Positions 31,915 through 44,481 of a stretch of DNA of 64,000 nucleotides are shown piece by piece. The notes under the pieces were generated by a model, which searched no databases, had not been told where the DNA came from, and worked only from the letters and a program-made list of their open reading frames with translations. Source of the DNA: Lepidodermella squamata (Eukaryota > Animalia > Gastrotricha); assembly GCA_047495785.1 (NCBI GenBank), contig JBLDXI010000028.1, positions 1,674,001 to 1,738,000 of the forward strand, read 5' to 3'. Numbering within the stretch: position 1 is the first letter of the stretch; every line of letters begins with the position of its first letter. A program made the translations under genes and the position numbers.

Positions 31915-33093
31915 ATGAGATTTTATCTCCTCTTCCTAATACAAACCGTCAGCAGCATCGAACAGCCGCTGAGTGAGCTTATCATCAGTTTGACGAAGAA
32001 GCGCAGCTTGGAAGTGCTAAAACATTGCCCTCATCTGTCGCCCGAGGCTTTTTCTCCAACATGCCCCGGTGGCACGCCTGGGAAATGCGAAGTACTACCC
32101 GTCAATTTCGGCCTTTACCTGGAGGCTCTGAATGATGTCAGTGATATCGCGCAGACATTTTCCGCCCTGGGTGCTCTGAGAATAACCTGGGAAGTTCCAT
32201 GTAAATCACCTCATAAGGGTATCACAAAATTCTACCCCGACCCGCATTTGTTCTGGAAGCCTCATCTCGACCATCACAACACAGCTATCGAAGACTCGAT
32301 CACAGAATCGTTTTCAGAGAGATTCAAAATCAAATTCGAGCCAGATGATATCATAGAATTTGAATGGACCCTTATCGGAATGTTCCATTCAAGCTGCGCG
32401 ATGGATTTCGGCAACTTCCCATTCGACCAGCAAACATGTTCGATTGTAATCGCCATGCAGGAAAATCTGAGTGCTGTCAAAATTGATGATAACACCGAGT
32501 TCGTTACTGTACATCTCAAACCTGACGAGAACTGGGAATTAATCGGGCATGAAACATCGACTGATACTATCATCGTGGACCGAGCGAATCGAAGTGCTGC
32601 GAAATTTACGATACAAATAAAGCGGAATCCTAACTTCGTGATGTCTCACCTAATGTTACCACTTTGCGTCTTGTCCTTACTTGAGCTATTGGCTATCATC
32701 GCACCTCAAGCCCCAGATCGGCCGTCATTCATGGTGACCATAGTTTTGGCACTGACCTTCCTTCAGGCGCAAATTAACGAAAAACTACCGAGGAAACCTC
32801 AAAAAACATTTCTTGGCACTTATACCGATATGTGCGTCTACTTTTCGTGGTCCTGTACTGCCTACACCTTGGTTATGGCGAGTTTGCCGAAAAAGATGAA
32901 TCTGTGGCTCGCGACAAAGATTCGTAAGCTCCCTCACTCTATGACGAGACGACGGCTAGCCGATACTATGCTTTTCTTCGCAGCTGCGACTTCGTTCACA
33001 GCGTTCAATAGCTATACCTTCCTCTTGGCCTATAGAATTAAACAAACCGGTGGCGACCATGATCATGGAACAGGACATGAAGTTGAAAGCTGA
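31915..33093 (+). CDS. Divergent Cys-loop LGIC subunit, copy 13 (inverted orientation)
   Basis: ATG MRFYLLFL; Cys-loop CAMDFGNFPFDQQTC; most similar to copy 8. Confidence 0.93.
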   Translation: MRFYLLFLIQTVSSIEQPLSELIISLTKKRSLEVLKHCPHLSPEAFSPTCPGGTPGKCEVLPVNFGLYLEALNDVSDIAQTFSALGALRITWEVPCKSPHKGITKFYPDPHLFWKPHLDHHNTAIEDSITESFSERFKIKFEPDDIIEFEWTLIGMFHSSCAMDFGNFPFDQQTCSIVIAMQENLSAVKIDDNTEFVTVHLKPDENWELIGHETSTDTIIVDRANRSAAKFTIQIKRNPNFVMSHLMLPLCVLSLLELLAIIAPQAPDRPSFMVTIVLALTFLQAQINEKLPRKPQKTFLGTYTDMCVYFSWSCTAYTLVMASLPKKMNLWLATKIRKLPHSMTRRRLADTMLFFAAATSFTAFNSYTFLLAYRIKQTGGDHDHGTGHEVES

Positions 33094-33210
33094 TGTCATC
33101 TTTCATTCTTTGTTTATTTTTTCACCAGTAAATATAACAAGTATATGATACGACTCAACACAGGGTTTTGAAGACAAGAAAAACAGGGTTTAAATCTTAA
33201 TTGAAACTAG

Positions 33211-35334
33211 TCATTTACTTTTCAGTGAGGAGCGCATCGGCTTTTTCATTGTGGGTTGCGTCTCACTTTCAGTGAATAATAGCGTAGGTAGAGAAGAATC
33301 ACTATCTTTCGTGGGTGAAGTTACTGGCGATTCAACAGCCGTTGGCATCGCTCGAATCGGGGATCCCACTATGCTACTAGATCCATTCACACTCATGATA
33401 GGTGAAACTGGCTGTCGGTAGAACATCATGCCACTGTTCATTGAATTACTTGGAGATAGTAGCCCTCCATTGTAAACTATAGGCCGCTCCCGAGGCCCAG
33501 GCAACGCTCCTCGACTTACAATTCTTGGATTCTCGCCAATGTTGTACAGCCTTTGAGCAGCGATGTTCTTCAAGGTTCGCTTCATTGACGGATAGTGCTG
33601 CAAGATTTCATCGAAATCGGCTTTTGCTAGCGAAAACAATTGGCAATATGTCACTGCCCTGACACTTGCGCAGCGCTTTGTCTGGGTAAGTAGACATATC
33701 TCTCCGAAATATGAACCTTCTGATAGAGTAGTAGTAACCTCCGAGTTTTTGATGATGTCTACAACTCCATCCTGAATGAAGTACATTTTCTTGCCTATCG
33801 TGCCCTCCTTTACAATAACATCGCCAGGTTGATAGAGTTCCGGCGTTAGCTTAGTTAGGACGTCGGATAGAAAGGCAGGATCGGCGTTCTCAAAGAATGG
33901 CACCCTTTGTACTAGAATGCGGCAGTTGAAAGAAGTAATCTCCTCGCGAAGAGTCGCAGATAGTTCTTCCATTATTCCCTTTTCATCGTACATCTTGCCT
34001 TGGAATCGGTGTTCGTAATAGTCAGTGATCCTATCACGAAGCTCTCGCGGCAACTTGCAGTGATACATGTATTCTTGCACCTGTTTCATCTTCTCCGTGT
34101 AGAGACTTCGCGATGAGTCGTAGCTGTGGATCAAATTAGTCATATGACCGACGAAAATAGCGTAGCACGTTGCTCCTGCCAACATGGAACCTATTGTAAG
34201 CCACACTTCTGCAGTTGTATCCGGAGTGTCTTGCCCGTATCCGATTGAAAGCATGTGGGATAGAGCCCGGAAAATCGATAGAGTGTATTGTCTCACCCAG
34301 GTTGAGTTCTATAGAATCAAATTAAACTCGTTTAAGACTTGGATTAATTCGGTGGTTCAAACCTGTATGTTTCGTTTGGTTATCCACGAATTTTCGGGGT
34401 AGCCTTGGAGCATGGGTACGAGGTACTGAAGACAGCCGTTCCAATGAGCTAGGAGGAAGGTTAGACCGACCAAATTGGAGATTCTCAAAACCATTGTTGC
34501 GACGTTTAGAAACTGAAAAATTCAACGAAGCGTAATTCCGTGATCTTGCAAGTCCTAACTTAGCCTTCCTCCCAAAAAGCTTACCTCTTGCCATTGATAG
34601 ATGTATCGAACAAGCCTAGAGAACCTGAGGAGTCTAAGTAAGCCCAACAGCTTGGCAAGCCTCATAGCCCGAAAAGCTCGACCAGCATGAATCAGCGAAG
34701 TATGGCTGTGAGCTCTTTGGCTATCGATGAGATCAACAATGACCAAAATATAGTCGATTGGGATCGAAGAAATCACATCGATGAAAAACCAAGTTCTGAT
34801 GTATTTCCTCGCGATCTCTTTTGGGTCTAAAATGACCTCCGAGCCTTCATTGGCTATAATCCCAGTTCGGAAGTTGATGATGATATCTAGAATGAAAACA
34901 GTGTCAGAGAAGCAATTTATCGCCAGCCATTCAGGTTCCATGAAGTCGTCGCTGAAAAACACAATGGCGACTGGTAGCAATACCAGGTTGAAGGGAAGAA
35001 GTAGTAACATCAAGATGTCCCAATAGAAGCGAAATTTCGAGCAGGGATGGATGACCCAGGCTGAGGTCGATTGTTGCCGTTCTTTCTCCTTATCAAGCCC
35101 TCGTTTATTGCCAAAGAGCTTCATGGCTAGACGGTTATCAGAAACTTCCAGCAGGCTTTCCACCTGAAATCGAAAAGATGCAGATCGACTCATGGTTGCT
35201 TTGTAATTCTTCGCAATGCAGCCTGTTGATGATAGTGACAGGTCGTCTCCGGTCGAGTTCAAGCGCTGGTTTTCTACTGCATCTGTAACTACAATATCAG
35301 GTGCTAAAGACGTCGGTTTTATCATTCTGTGCAT
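33211..35334 (-). CDS. HCN: HCN (hyperpolarisation-activated cyclic nucleotide-gated) channel, compact paralogue A; exons 35334-34585, 34512-34363, 34308-33211
   Basis: [13 protein letters not shown]4 [20 protein letters not shown], pore [10 protein letters not shown]-linker YYEHRFQGK, CNBD FGEICLL..R.ASV. Confidence 0.92.
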
Positions 35335-35839
35335 AAACTACGTGATTAAGTTTGAAATTGCCATGGCTTGCCAGGAGTAGGAGGGTGTTCTTACTACGGA
35401 AACACGAGGCTAGGTACACGGGCCGCGTTTATAACTTCCTCAGAGGATGATAATTAAATTCTCGGAAATTAGTGAGGTAATGACGACCTAGGTTCCGCTT
35501 CAGCGATCTCGGAAGTGATTCAACCTTGAGATCAAAAATATCTTCAGAGAAACACGGCTCACAGAAAAGAATGTTGAGAAAGCATTTCTGTCCTGATTTT
35601 TGCCTTCTCTCAACTTAACAGCTCATCCCCTCGTGCCGATAAAAAATCGAAAATCGCCGATGCACTTTTGGATTTATTTTTATTTTATCGATAAAACTTA
35701 AAAATAATGTAAATGTATAGGCGATGATGGAAAACTGCAGAGGCTTAAAAGAAACAGAAGACGGAAAATTTCAGTAATAAGACATGCACATTATAGTCTT
35801 TAAATACGGTAGAAAGACTGGGTATTTAAATTTGCGGAT

Positions 35840-38800
35840 TTACGGCTGACTTTCGTCCTCAAACTTGTCGTTGCCATTCGTTTCTTCACCAGAAGTGGTA
35901 GACGGCAGGGGCATGCTTGTCATAGGCGAGACGGGGTGTCTGTAGTAATGGCTACCCACGCCCTGCCCGGGTGCACCCTGGCCGGAACCAGTTGGGGATG
36001 GGAGATTCGGATCTCGATTGACACCAGGTATAATGCCTCTGGTAGGCCTTCGCATTCGATTACCCATCCTGGCGTTGCCTTTGATCATCATATTAGGGGG
36101 TCCGCCATGAGGAGCATCTCCATCATTACTTAACATCTCATCCTCAGGAATGTTGGCACCCGGTCTGGTGACCGCAGTCATACCCTCGGGCTCGTTGAGA
36201 ATTTCGTGAGCCGTGTTAAGATCTTCAGCAAGTTCGTCACTCCGGCTGACCAGACGAGGATTTTCACCAATTTTGTACAATCGCTGCGCCGCTATCCCTT
36301 TCAGGGTGCGCTTCATCACCGGGTAGTGCGTAAGAACCTCGTCGAAATCTTCCTTTTGCAACGAAAATAATTGGCAATACGTTACAGCTCTAACACTAGC
36401 GCAGCGTTTCGTGTTGGTCAATAGACAGATCTCGCCAAAATACGACCCTTCCGTCAATGTAGTCGCTATCTCGTTGCTTTTTATGATATCCACCGCTCCG
36501 TCTTGAATGAAGTACATCCTCTTCCCAATCGTACCTTCTTTAATTATGAAGTCAGACGGTTGGAAAAGCTCAGGTCGCAGTTTTGTCAAAACATCTGATA
36601 AGAAACTGGCCTCAGCGTTCTCGAAGAAAGGAACCCGTTGAATAAGGACCCTGCAGTTGTAGCCAATCACATCCTCCCGTAGGCTTTCAGATAGCTCATC
36701 CATAATTCCAGTTTCATCAAACATTTTGCCTTGGTAACGATGTTCGTAGTAGTCGGTGATTCGATCGCGGAGTCCACGGGGTAGCTTCCGGTAGAACATG
36801 TACTCCTGCACTTGTTTCAGCTTTTCAGTGTACATGCGACGTGAAGAGTCGTAACTGTGGATCAAATTAGTCATGTGACCAACGAAGATAGCGTAACAAG
36901 TTGCTCCCGCTAACATTGAACCAATTGTTAGCCAAACCTCAGCGGTTGTATCAGGAATGTCCTGGCCATATCCAATTGATAACATGTGTGACAGAGCTCG
37001 AAAAATGGATAGGGTGTACTGCCGAAACCATGTTGCATTCTGAAATGGAAAAGTGCCATATTGGGAAAGTCAATGAGGAGTTAGCTTTCAAACCTGAATT
37101 CCTCGTTTGGTCACCCATGAATTCTCAGGATACCCCTGAAGAGTGGGTACCAAGTACTGAAGACAACCATTCCAATGAGCGAGAAGGAAAGTAAGGCCGA
37201 TCAAGTTGGAAATTCGTAGAACCATCGTCGCCACATTAAGAAACTGAAAAAAAGAAAACAGAATTAAAATTATCATCACCCAAATCTTTAAAACTAAAAG
37301 CTGAGTCTAGAAACAATTATAATGAAATTTCATTCGCATATAAAATTGGGCGAATTTCTGTAAAATGAATCCAGCTAAGAAGATTGAATGCAGGTTTGAA
37401 GATACGATATAATAAATCAACCAAAATTTGAGGGTTCATCGGGTACCTGGCCGTCAGCAAAGTAATGAATAGCAAAGACTTCTATCTTTTGCAAGAGCTA
37501 TGAAAATTGAAGCTCGTTATTTGGTTTCAGGATCATTCAGCATTCATAAAATCAGTGTTTTTCCCAAAAGGATGAATGATGACAAGAGAAATACGAATTC
37601 ATACCTCCTGCCATTGGTTGATGTAGCGGACAAGTCTTGAAAGCCGTAAAAGTCTCAAGAGACCCAGCAGCTTGGCCAAGCGCATCACTCGAAATGCTCG
37701 ACCTGGAAATGGAAAAACAGGCATCGTATCAACGCTGAACGCTACAGGTTCAGTTAGCATGCGGTTTAATCATAGCAAAGTGAGAACTTTTCAGTTCCTA
37801 GCATCAACTTTGCTCAATCAGGAGTAAATCTCATCTATACATCACAGAGTTAGTATGGGCTAAATTAACGATGCATAAAACTTCTTGGCCTGAACCAATC
37901 ACATACTGAGTACATAGGTTATCATAGAGGGAGCAACAGTTGGGTCTCCAGATCCTAACAAATGTCAATGTAAGACTAGAACAGTACTCGAGGTTTGATG
38001 GATCAAAGTATCTAGTAAAGTCTCTAATTTTCGGAGAATTTCCCAAAATTTAGCATTAAGACTTGCCTATTCGCCATTTGGCATCTTTAACAAGAAAATT
38101 ATTTAGGAAATAGGATAGAATTTTGTACCCCAAGGAAATAAAACCTATACATTTCAAAAAATGTGAAAGAAGTGATTTTGGGGTCTACGTATAATAAGGC
38201 GGGGCTTTAATTCAGAAATTCTTACCTGCATGGAGCAAGGAAGTGTTAGAATGCATCGGTTGGCCGTCGACAAACACGACAATCATGAAGATGTAATCGA
38301 TAGGAATCGACGAGATGAAATCGATGAAGAACCAAGTTTTCAGGTAGTAGATCGCTATCTCACGCGGGTCTAGGATAACCTCAGACCCAGGTTCATTTGC
38401 GATGACACCAGTGCGAAAGTTGATGATAATATCCAAGATGAAAAACGTGTCTGAAATGCAGTTGAACGTCAACCAGCCGGGTTGCATGAAGTCTTCACTG
38501 AAAAACGCGATCGCAACTGGGAGAAGGATCATGTTGGAAAGGAGTAACATCAGCATAATCAAGTCCCAGTAGAATCGGAATTTCGAGCAAGGATGGATTA
38601 CGTAACGAGCTGTTTTCTGCTGCCGTTCCTTTTCCTTATCCAACGCGCGCCGATTTCCGAATAGTTTCATGGCTAACCGGTTGTCGGAAACTTCGAAAAA
38701 TGCCTCGATATGGTATCGGACTGAGCTTGATCGGCTGGGAGTCATGTTGCTCTTGTGGTGGCGGGAGATGCGGCCGCTTGAGCCGACCGAGGCCGCTTCC

Positions 38801-41510
38801 TCCCCGATAAGGCCAGCCTCGGCCGTATCACCCGTGACAACAATATCAGGGGCTGGCTTCATGTGATTTGCGTTGTTGTGGTGATCGGCTTTGTGGCGGC
38901 CAAAACGCAGACTAAAGGCACGCCTCGGTTGATGGTCGTTCTTATCGAAATTCACCGATTTTTTGCTGTTACTCTGACTGGCCAAAGCATTCGTTGCATG
39001 CTATAAGGAAAAAGTTGGGACAAAATAGAAAATAATGAAATAAATCAACTTAAAACAAAGATTAAGATTGCGAATTGGGTCAAGGAAATCCAACTTTTAT
39101 AATGGACTGCTTAAAAAATGGGTTGTTGAAAAATATTAGTGAAAAGCAAATGTGGGATTGTAAATTCGCTCATGCTTAATTATTAATGCAGGTTATACAA
39201 CTTTCCAAAAAATTCACTGATTGCGCTTGGATAGCTGTTTTTGTACTTGTTAAGCGAAATAGGGACCATATCTGGATATTTCACGAATCCTTCAATATCT
39301 AGCCGTTTAATTAACAAAAATGTCCGTGATTGCCATGAAATCTCAGAAAAAAAACCGGTTCAAATGAATAAATTTGGCAATATTGATGATTTTCGCCTCA
39401 GCTGTGATTGAACCCTTTATGAAGAGGCAACATAATGATGTCTGCATCAGGCTCATGATGAGGCACTAGGAGAGGTCTGAAAATTATCGATCACCACGAC
39501 GCGGATGTGGTAGCGATATTACTACAACTAATACTACTACAGCTAGATTATTGCGTTTTCATGTGATCATTTCGCAGTAGCGAGAATAAATAATTTTATT
39601 ATTTTTTGCCGCCATATTTGTGCAATATATCAGCGGACGATAATAGCATTACGCCGAAAAAGGGCGATGAGGTGCATCATGGGAAGCTGATGATAATGAT
39701 GATGATACTGTGCCGTGATACGTAATGATGACACACGGCGAGAAGTAGCGGAAGGCGGCTGGCCGGCATGGCGAAAAAAGCTAATAAATAATCAAAAGAC
39801 ACATGTGATGATGCGGGGGAAGACACAGGACGACTTGAAGCGCGCCATATCGCAAAACTGTATCACTACTGTCCACAATTGAGGCCACACTCACAGTCTC
39901 ATTATTCGACACGAAATGTGTCGCATAGAAGCTGAAAGCTGAATTCATCAATCAGCTCAACAAAAAATTTGAAATAAAAAAAAACAGCAAAAAACGTGGT
40001 TGTTCGGTGATTGAAACTGAAATTTTGAATAGCAAGCTGGGTAGTAAAAAACGAACCTGATCGAAAGAAAACCGAGGAACGAAAGGTGACACCGGGGTTG
40101 AAGGTTTTGCGTCCTTCAACTTGGTATCAACATCCTTTACTACTTCCTCGTCCTTTACTTCTGCGATTTTGAGCTAATAAAATTTTGTTTAAAATTGCAA
40201 ATATTATTCTCCGGACAGACATTTTATTAGATTTCATGCGAAATGTCTTTTTTCGGGAACAATTGCAAATTAGATCAATTTGTAACAAAAATTCATACTT
40301 CGTCACCCTCAGATAAGGATTGCTTCCGAGATACAGCCATATGGAAAATTGAGTACAAATTTAGAAATAAAAGCGGAAAAACGGCAAAAACTATGTCATT
40401 TGAAGCCACTTGTCTAAAACTATCAAGGAAACTATTGAAAGGGCTTAAAGGGATAAAAAACAGGGCTTTTCATGGATTAGGCTTCAAATCATCGATTTTA
40501 GCTCCTAATTGCACTTGTCGGGAAAAAAATATACAATTTTGTCCTTGATTTATAGATTATTAATATGCCTTTCGAACTTAGACAATCATGAAAATAGTCT
40601 TCAAGTCGAGGCATTAGGAAAATTAGGATTTTCAAAATCAATATTTTGAGATTTTTCTCTGACTTACCGAATTGTTCTGCGGCATTTTGTTGACACTCGA
40701 CACCAGACTGTCAGTATCGCCACAACTCGCCTCGTCGATGCCATTCGCCTGCATGCGTTGCAGCAACATGGCAGAATTCGCCACATCCTCGCCGTCGGCT
40801 AGACACCGCTCAGGCAGTGAAATCTGCTTATTACGCGCCATCATCGCTCGCTTCTGCTTCGCGCTCGCCTCAGCCATGTTGTTGCTATCGCTGTTGTTCG
40901 AAAAATCGTCAACGTCCGAAAATGACACGTGATAGTTGCGAGGCGACGGCGCTGATTGATGACCACCGTTGACAAGATTCCCGAGCCAATTCGGCAGCAA
41001 CGCACGCTTGAGCGACAAAGCAAAACTATTATTATTACCACCACCCGTCACGCTTGACTGGTTTTTAACTGGTTTCTCCTGTTGCTGCTGGCAACTTGAT
41101 TGCGAGTAATAAACCGGCGGTGTCCCATTATGTGTGACGTCACAACGCGACGTTCTAGGGCTATTAGCCGGTAAACTTTGGTACGAAGACGCGCTCAACC
41201 TCGCGCCATTTGCGTTGTTATTTTTGAGGTAAGTGCCCTTGTAGGGCGCCTTGTGGTTATTGCTAGATTTCATGATAGACTTTTTCGGCTGTGAAACGCC
41301 GTCGGCGCTCATTTTTCGCAGAGCGGTATTCGCCCGTAAATTGCTAGCTTCCTCGCGTAAATTGTTCGAAATTTCAATGTTGGTATAGCAGCGAGGTCGG
41401 GCCACTACGCCGCTGTCCTCGCCGTTCTCCAGCGAGGATACAAAGTTATCCGCAATTTTTTCGCTATGTGGCACCGGTTCCATAGCGTCAATAATCAAAG
41501 CCGAGTCCAT
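35840..41510 (-). CDS. HCN: HCN channel, long paralogue B; exons 41510-40668, 39000-38226, 37702-37605, 37243-37094, 37039-35840
   Basis: Same HCN motifs; all junctions GT-AG and in frame; joining of the first low-complexity exon is inferred from phase-0 compatibility. Confidence 0.9.
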
Positions 41511-42651
41511 TTATAGTTTTTACGCGGGATAATGAAAAAAATTACTCGCAATAAAAAAATCTTCGGATCATCGAAAGAAAGCAGAGAATTACTCAACTTG
41601 GCATTGGCGGATATGGCGTACTAAAAAATGTCTCCGGTTATGGTTTTAAAAGCTTGTTTGGCGGCCGTAATATACGTGATATAAATATATGTATAAATAT
41701 CATGGTGGAAATATTTTATGAGGATGAGCGCGGTTGAAGTAGAAAAAAGTGCGCAAACAAGACGCGACGACGGCGCGTGCGCTAAGATAATAATATAATG
41801 TTGAAAATATAGTAATGCAATAATGATATGGACTGATGATTCGATTTTAGATTTAAAATGTTATGTACAAAAAAATATTATTATTCGATAAAAATGTGTA
41901 TTGATGCCGCAGCACCTGGGATATTCTCTGGTGGTCATTTAAAAAACTTCAGCTATAAAAACAGGATGTCCGATATAGAAAAATAGAGGCCAAATTTATT
42001 GTACCAATTTCTTCCCCAATTTTTCAAGTGATTTAAAAATAAAATATATGTATAAAATGGTGCTTGAATTTGAATTAGAACGGATGACTACGCCACTTTA
42101 TTACCGTCGGCAATTGATCTCTGATGATGTGACGCAATTTGGGGTCGATACGCTTCAATGAACACGGTCGCGGGAATTTAATAACGCGGCGTAATAATGA
42201 TACCAGTGGAAATATCGGTATTTGGCAATAAACAAAATTATCCAACAGCAGCATTTCAATGGAAAAAATGGTGATCAACTTACAAATTAATACAGCTGCG
42301 GTTTGAACTGGCAGTCGAGAATTAGGCTTTGAATCGATCCATAATGCTGATCAAATTTTGATGAAAATTCTAAAAATTTCGCCGATAACTATTATATCGT
42401 AAAAAATCAAAGGAAAATTATTAGAATAAAAAATCACGAATAGCTGATTTTTCATGGCTCTAACTCGGATCGATTGACCTTTATGAGAAATTAGCGTGAC
42501 AATCATTGAAGCGCACTTTCATTAATTGAGCTATATAAAAGGCTGATATACTTGTCACAAAAAATTCAATCAAGATTAGTAAATAATTAAAAAATAACCA
42601 TTTTTTTATACGTGCGGGTGATCAAGAAACGGAAGTAAGGCTCTTTACCTT

Positions 42652-43350
42652 CACGGGAAAAAAAAACCCATGAATTCATGTGGCAATTTTGGCTTATTAT
42701 TAGTTTCTAACTTCCATGAATTCATGGCCTGGGGGTACCCTAATTCATGGATTTTTTGAAAACAATTGAATTCACGGGTTTTTTATCTTTTAAAATCGAT
42801 GCCCATGAATTCAATTAAAATAACTTTTAATTAGTAAAATTGCGATTTATTTTATTAATTTATATTAATTAAGATTTTTTTGTTTTCTTAAAAATTATAT
42901 ATTTTTATAACCGGATATACCGATCTTGATTTGCCAATGCCCATAAAGAAACCCACATCCAAGGCATTCCATTGGCATCCAGGATCCAGGTGCCCGTCTC
43001 GGCTAACGAGTACTGAATACCTGGAGTCCTAGGTGCATGGTATCACTTTATTGATAGTAGAAAAAAATAATAAGTTGAACGCGATTTCAAAAACGTAGTG
43101 GTTCTAGGATGGGACTTGATTCATCCTCACAGCTCATTTGCATATGCACAACTTTTTTTGCCTAATTAACAATATAAAAACTAATTAATTGTTGGAGCCC
43201 TGAATTCACCAGCATGGATTAAGTTATTTTAAATGTTTCAATAAAAAATTCATGCGCATGAAAATTTTGCTAAAAAGTGTAATTGAATTCATGGGACGAC
43301 ACTTAATTCATGTGGCAGGTCGATGAATTCATGGGTTTTTTTTTCCCGTG
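42652..43350. mobile_element. Non-autonomous DNA transposon with CAC...GTG ends (CMC/EnSpm-like)
   Basis: TIR CACGGGAAAAAAAAACCCATGAATTCAT; internal CATGAATTCA repeats; TT on both flanks. Confidence 0.8.
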
Positions 43351-44481
43351 TTGCTGTACAAAACACGTTAATTATAGGTTGGCTATTATTACCTGGTTGC
43401 GCATTAAATAAAAAATACGTGTTAGGAATAAATTTTTCTCAGTTCAACCAGCCGTCTTCGGGAATAAGCCTTCTCAGCCTAAAGAAATAATTCCAGACAA
43501 TTTTCGGGAATTTGTTTGATATATTGAATTATTAATTAATTTATTCTTAAATCAACCGAAATTCAACCACAATCCTAACCCTAACCCTATCCCTGAAAAT
43601 TGGCTCGAGAACGAAAAAATTCAAAATTATGTAAAAAAATTGATAAAATATACCACAAAATTATGTACTAATTAGCACTCCGTATTCCGTATTCCGAAAA
43701 TAATTTTAATTTTAATCTTGAGGTGCGAAAATCGAAAATGGTAACGGAACATAATAGCTTGTAATCTTGAAGTAAAGCGCGTTATTTTGGTACTAAAAAT
43801 AGCCGCGTATAGCAATGTCTGCTTCAAAAACAACGCGTTGTCGAACAGATTTTTCTCATTTTTCAACAAGCCGATTATCCGCGATGATAATGACTAACAA
43901 GTCTATTACGCGTGTGCATAGTTTGCGGAAGCGCCAATTTTACTGCATTACACAGACTGTCGACACTTATTGGAAAATGGAGGAGTCGCAGCGAGGAGCA
44001 CTTATGGCTGATAGCTGTTGTTAGTACTTTCGCCCCTAATGATGTACGCGGTAAACGAAGAATGTGTAAAACAATAGTGATAAAAAGAGAAAATTTTCCT
44101 ACTTTATCATGTAAAATACAAAAAAAATATTATCGCCTCGAATGGAAGGAATTTATTCGAATTGATGCAGCTATTACTGAGATTAATAGAATTTACACAA
44201 TGCGGTTTCATGGATATTATTATGGCAGAGTGAAACTATCGCCATAACATATACACAACGATATAAGCCGATTTTAATGATTAATAATCGATTTTCCAGC
44301 TAGCAAATTTTTTTGCATTAATATTTCATTTTATTTTGTTCAGCCTCGATGATGAATCATAGCCAATTTTTTTGTGGTGAGGGGTGAAAGAAATGAGAAA
44401 CACGTGATATTCTTAAATCCAACAGCAGTTTGATGCTGGGAGCTTCGTTTCAGCATTGTTGTTGTTTTTCTTATAACAGTG

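Noticed and set aside
4922-33093. Naming the channel genes as nAChR alpha/beta, GABA-A or 5-HT3 subunits
   Set aside because: Diagnostic ligand-binding residues and the intracellular domain are absent; orthology cannot be supported without a phylogeny
6593-38866. Numerous 60-120 aa ORFs antisense or out of frame to the channel genes
   Set aside because: Shadow ORFs of real coding sequence with no independent support
42121-42155. CTGATGA...GTCGATAC as another hammerhead
   Set aside because: GAAA is not intact, stem II is only 3 bp, and there is no stem I
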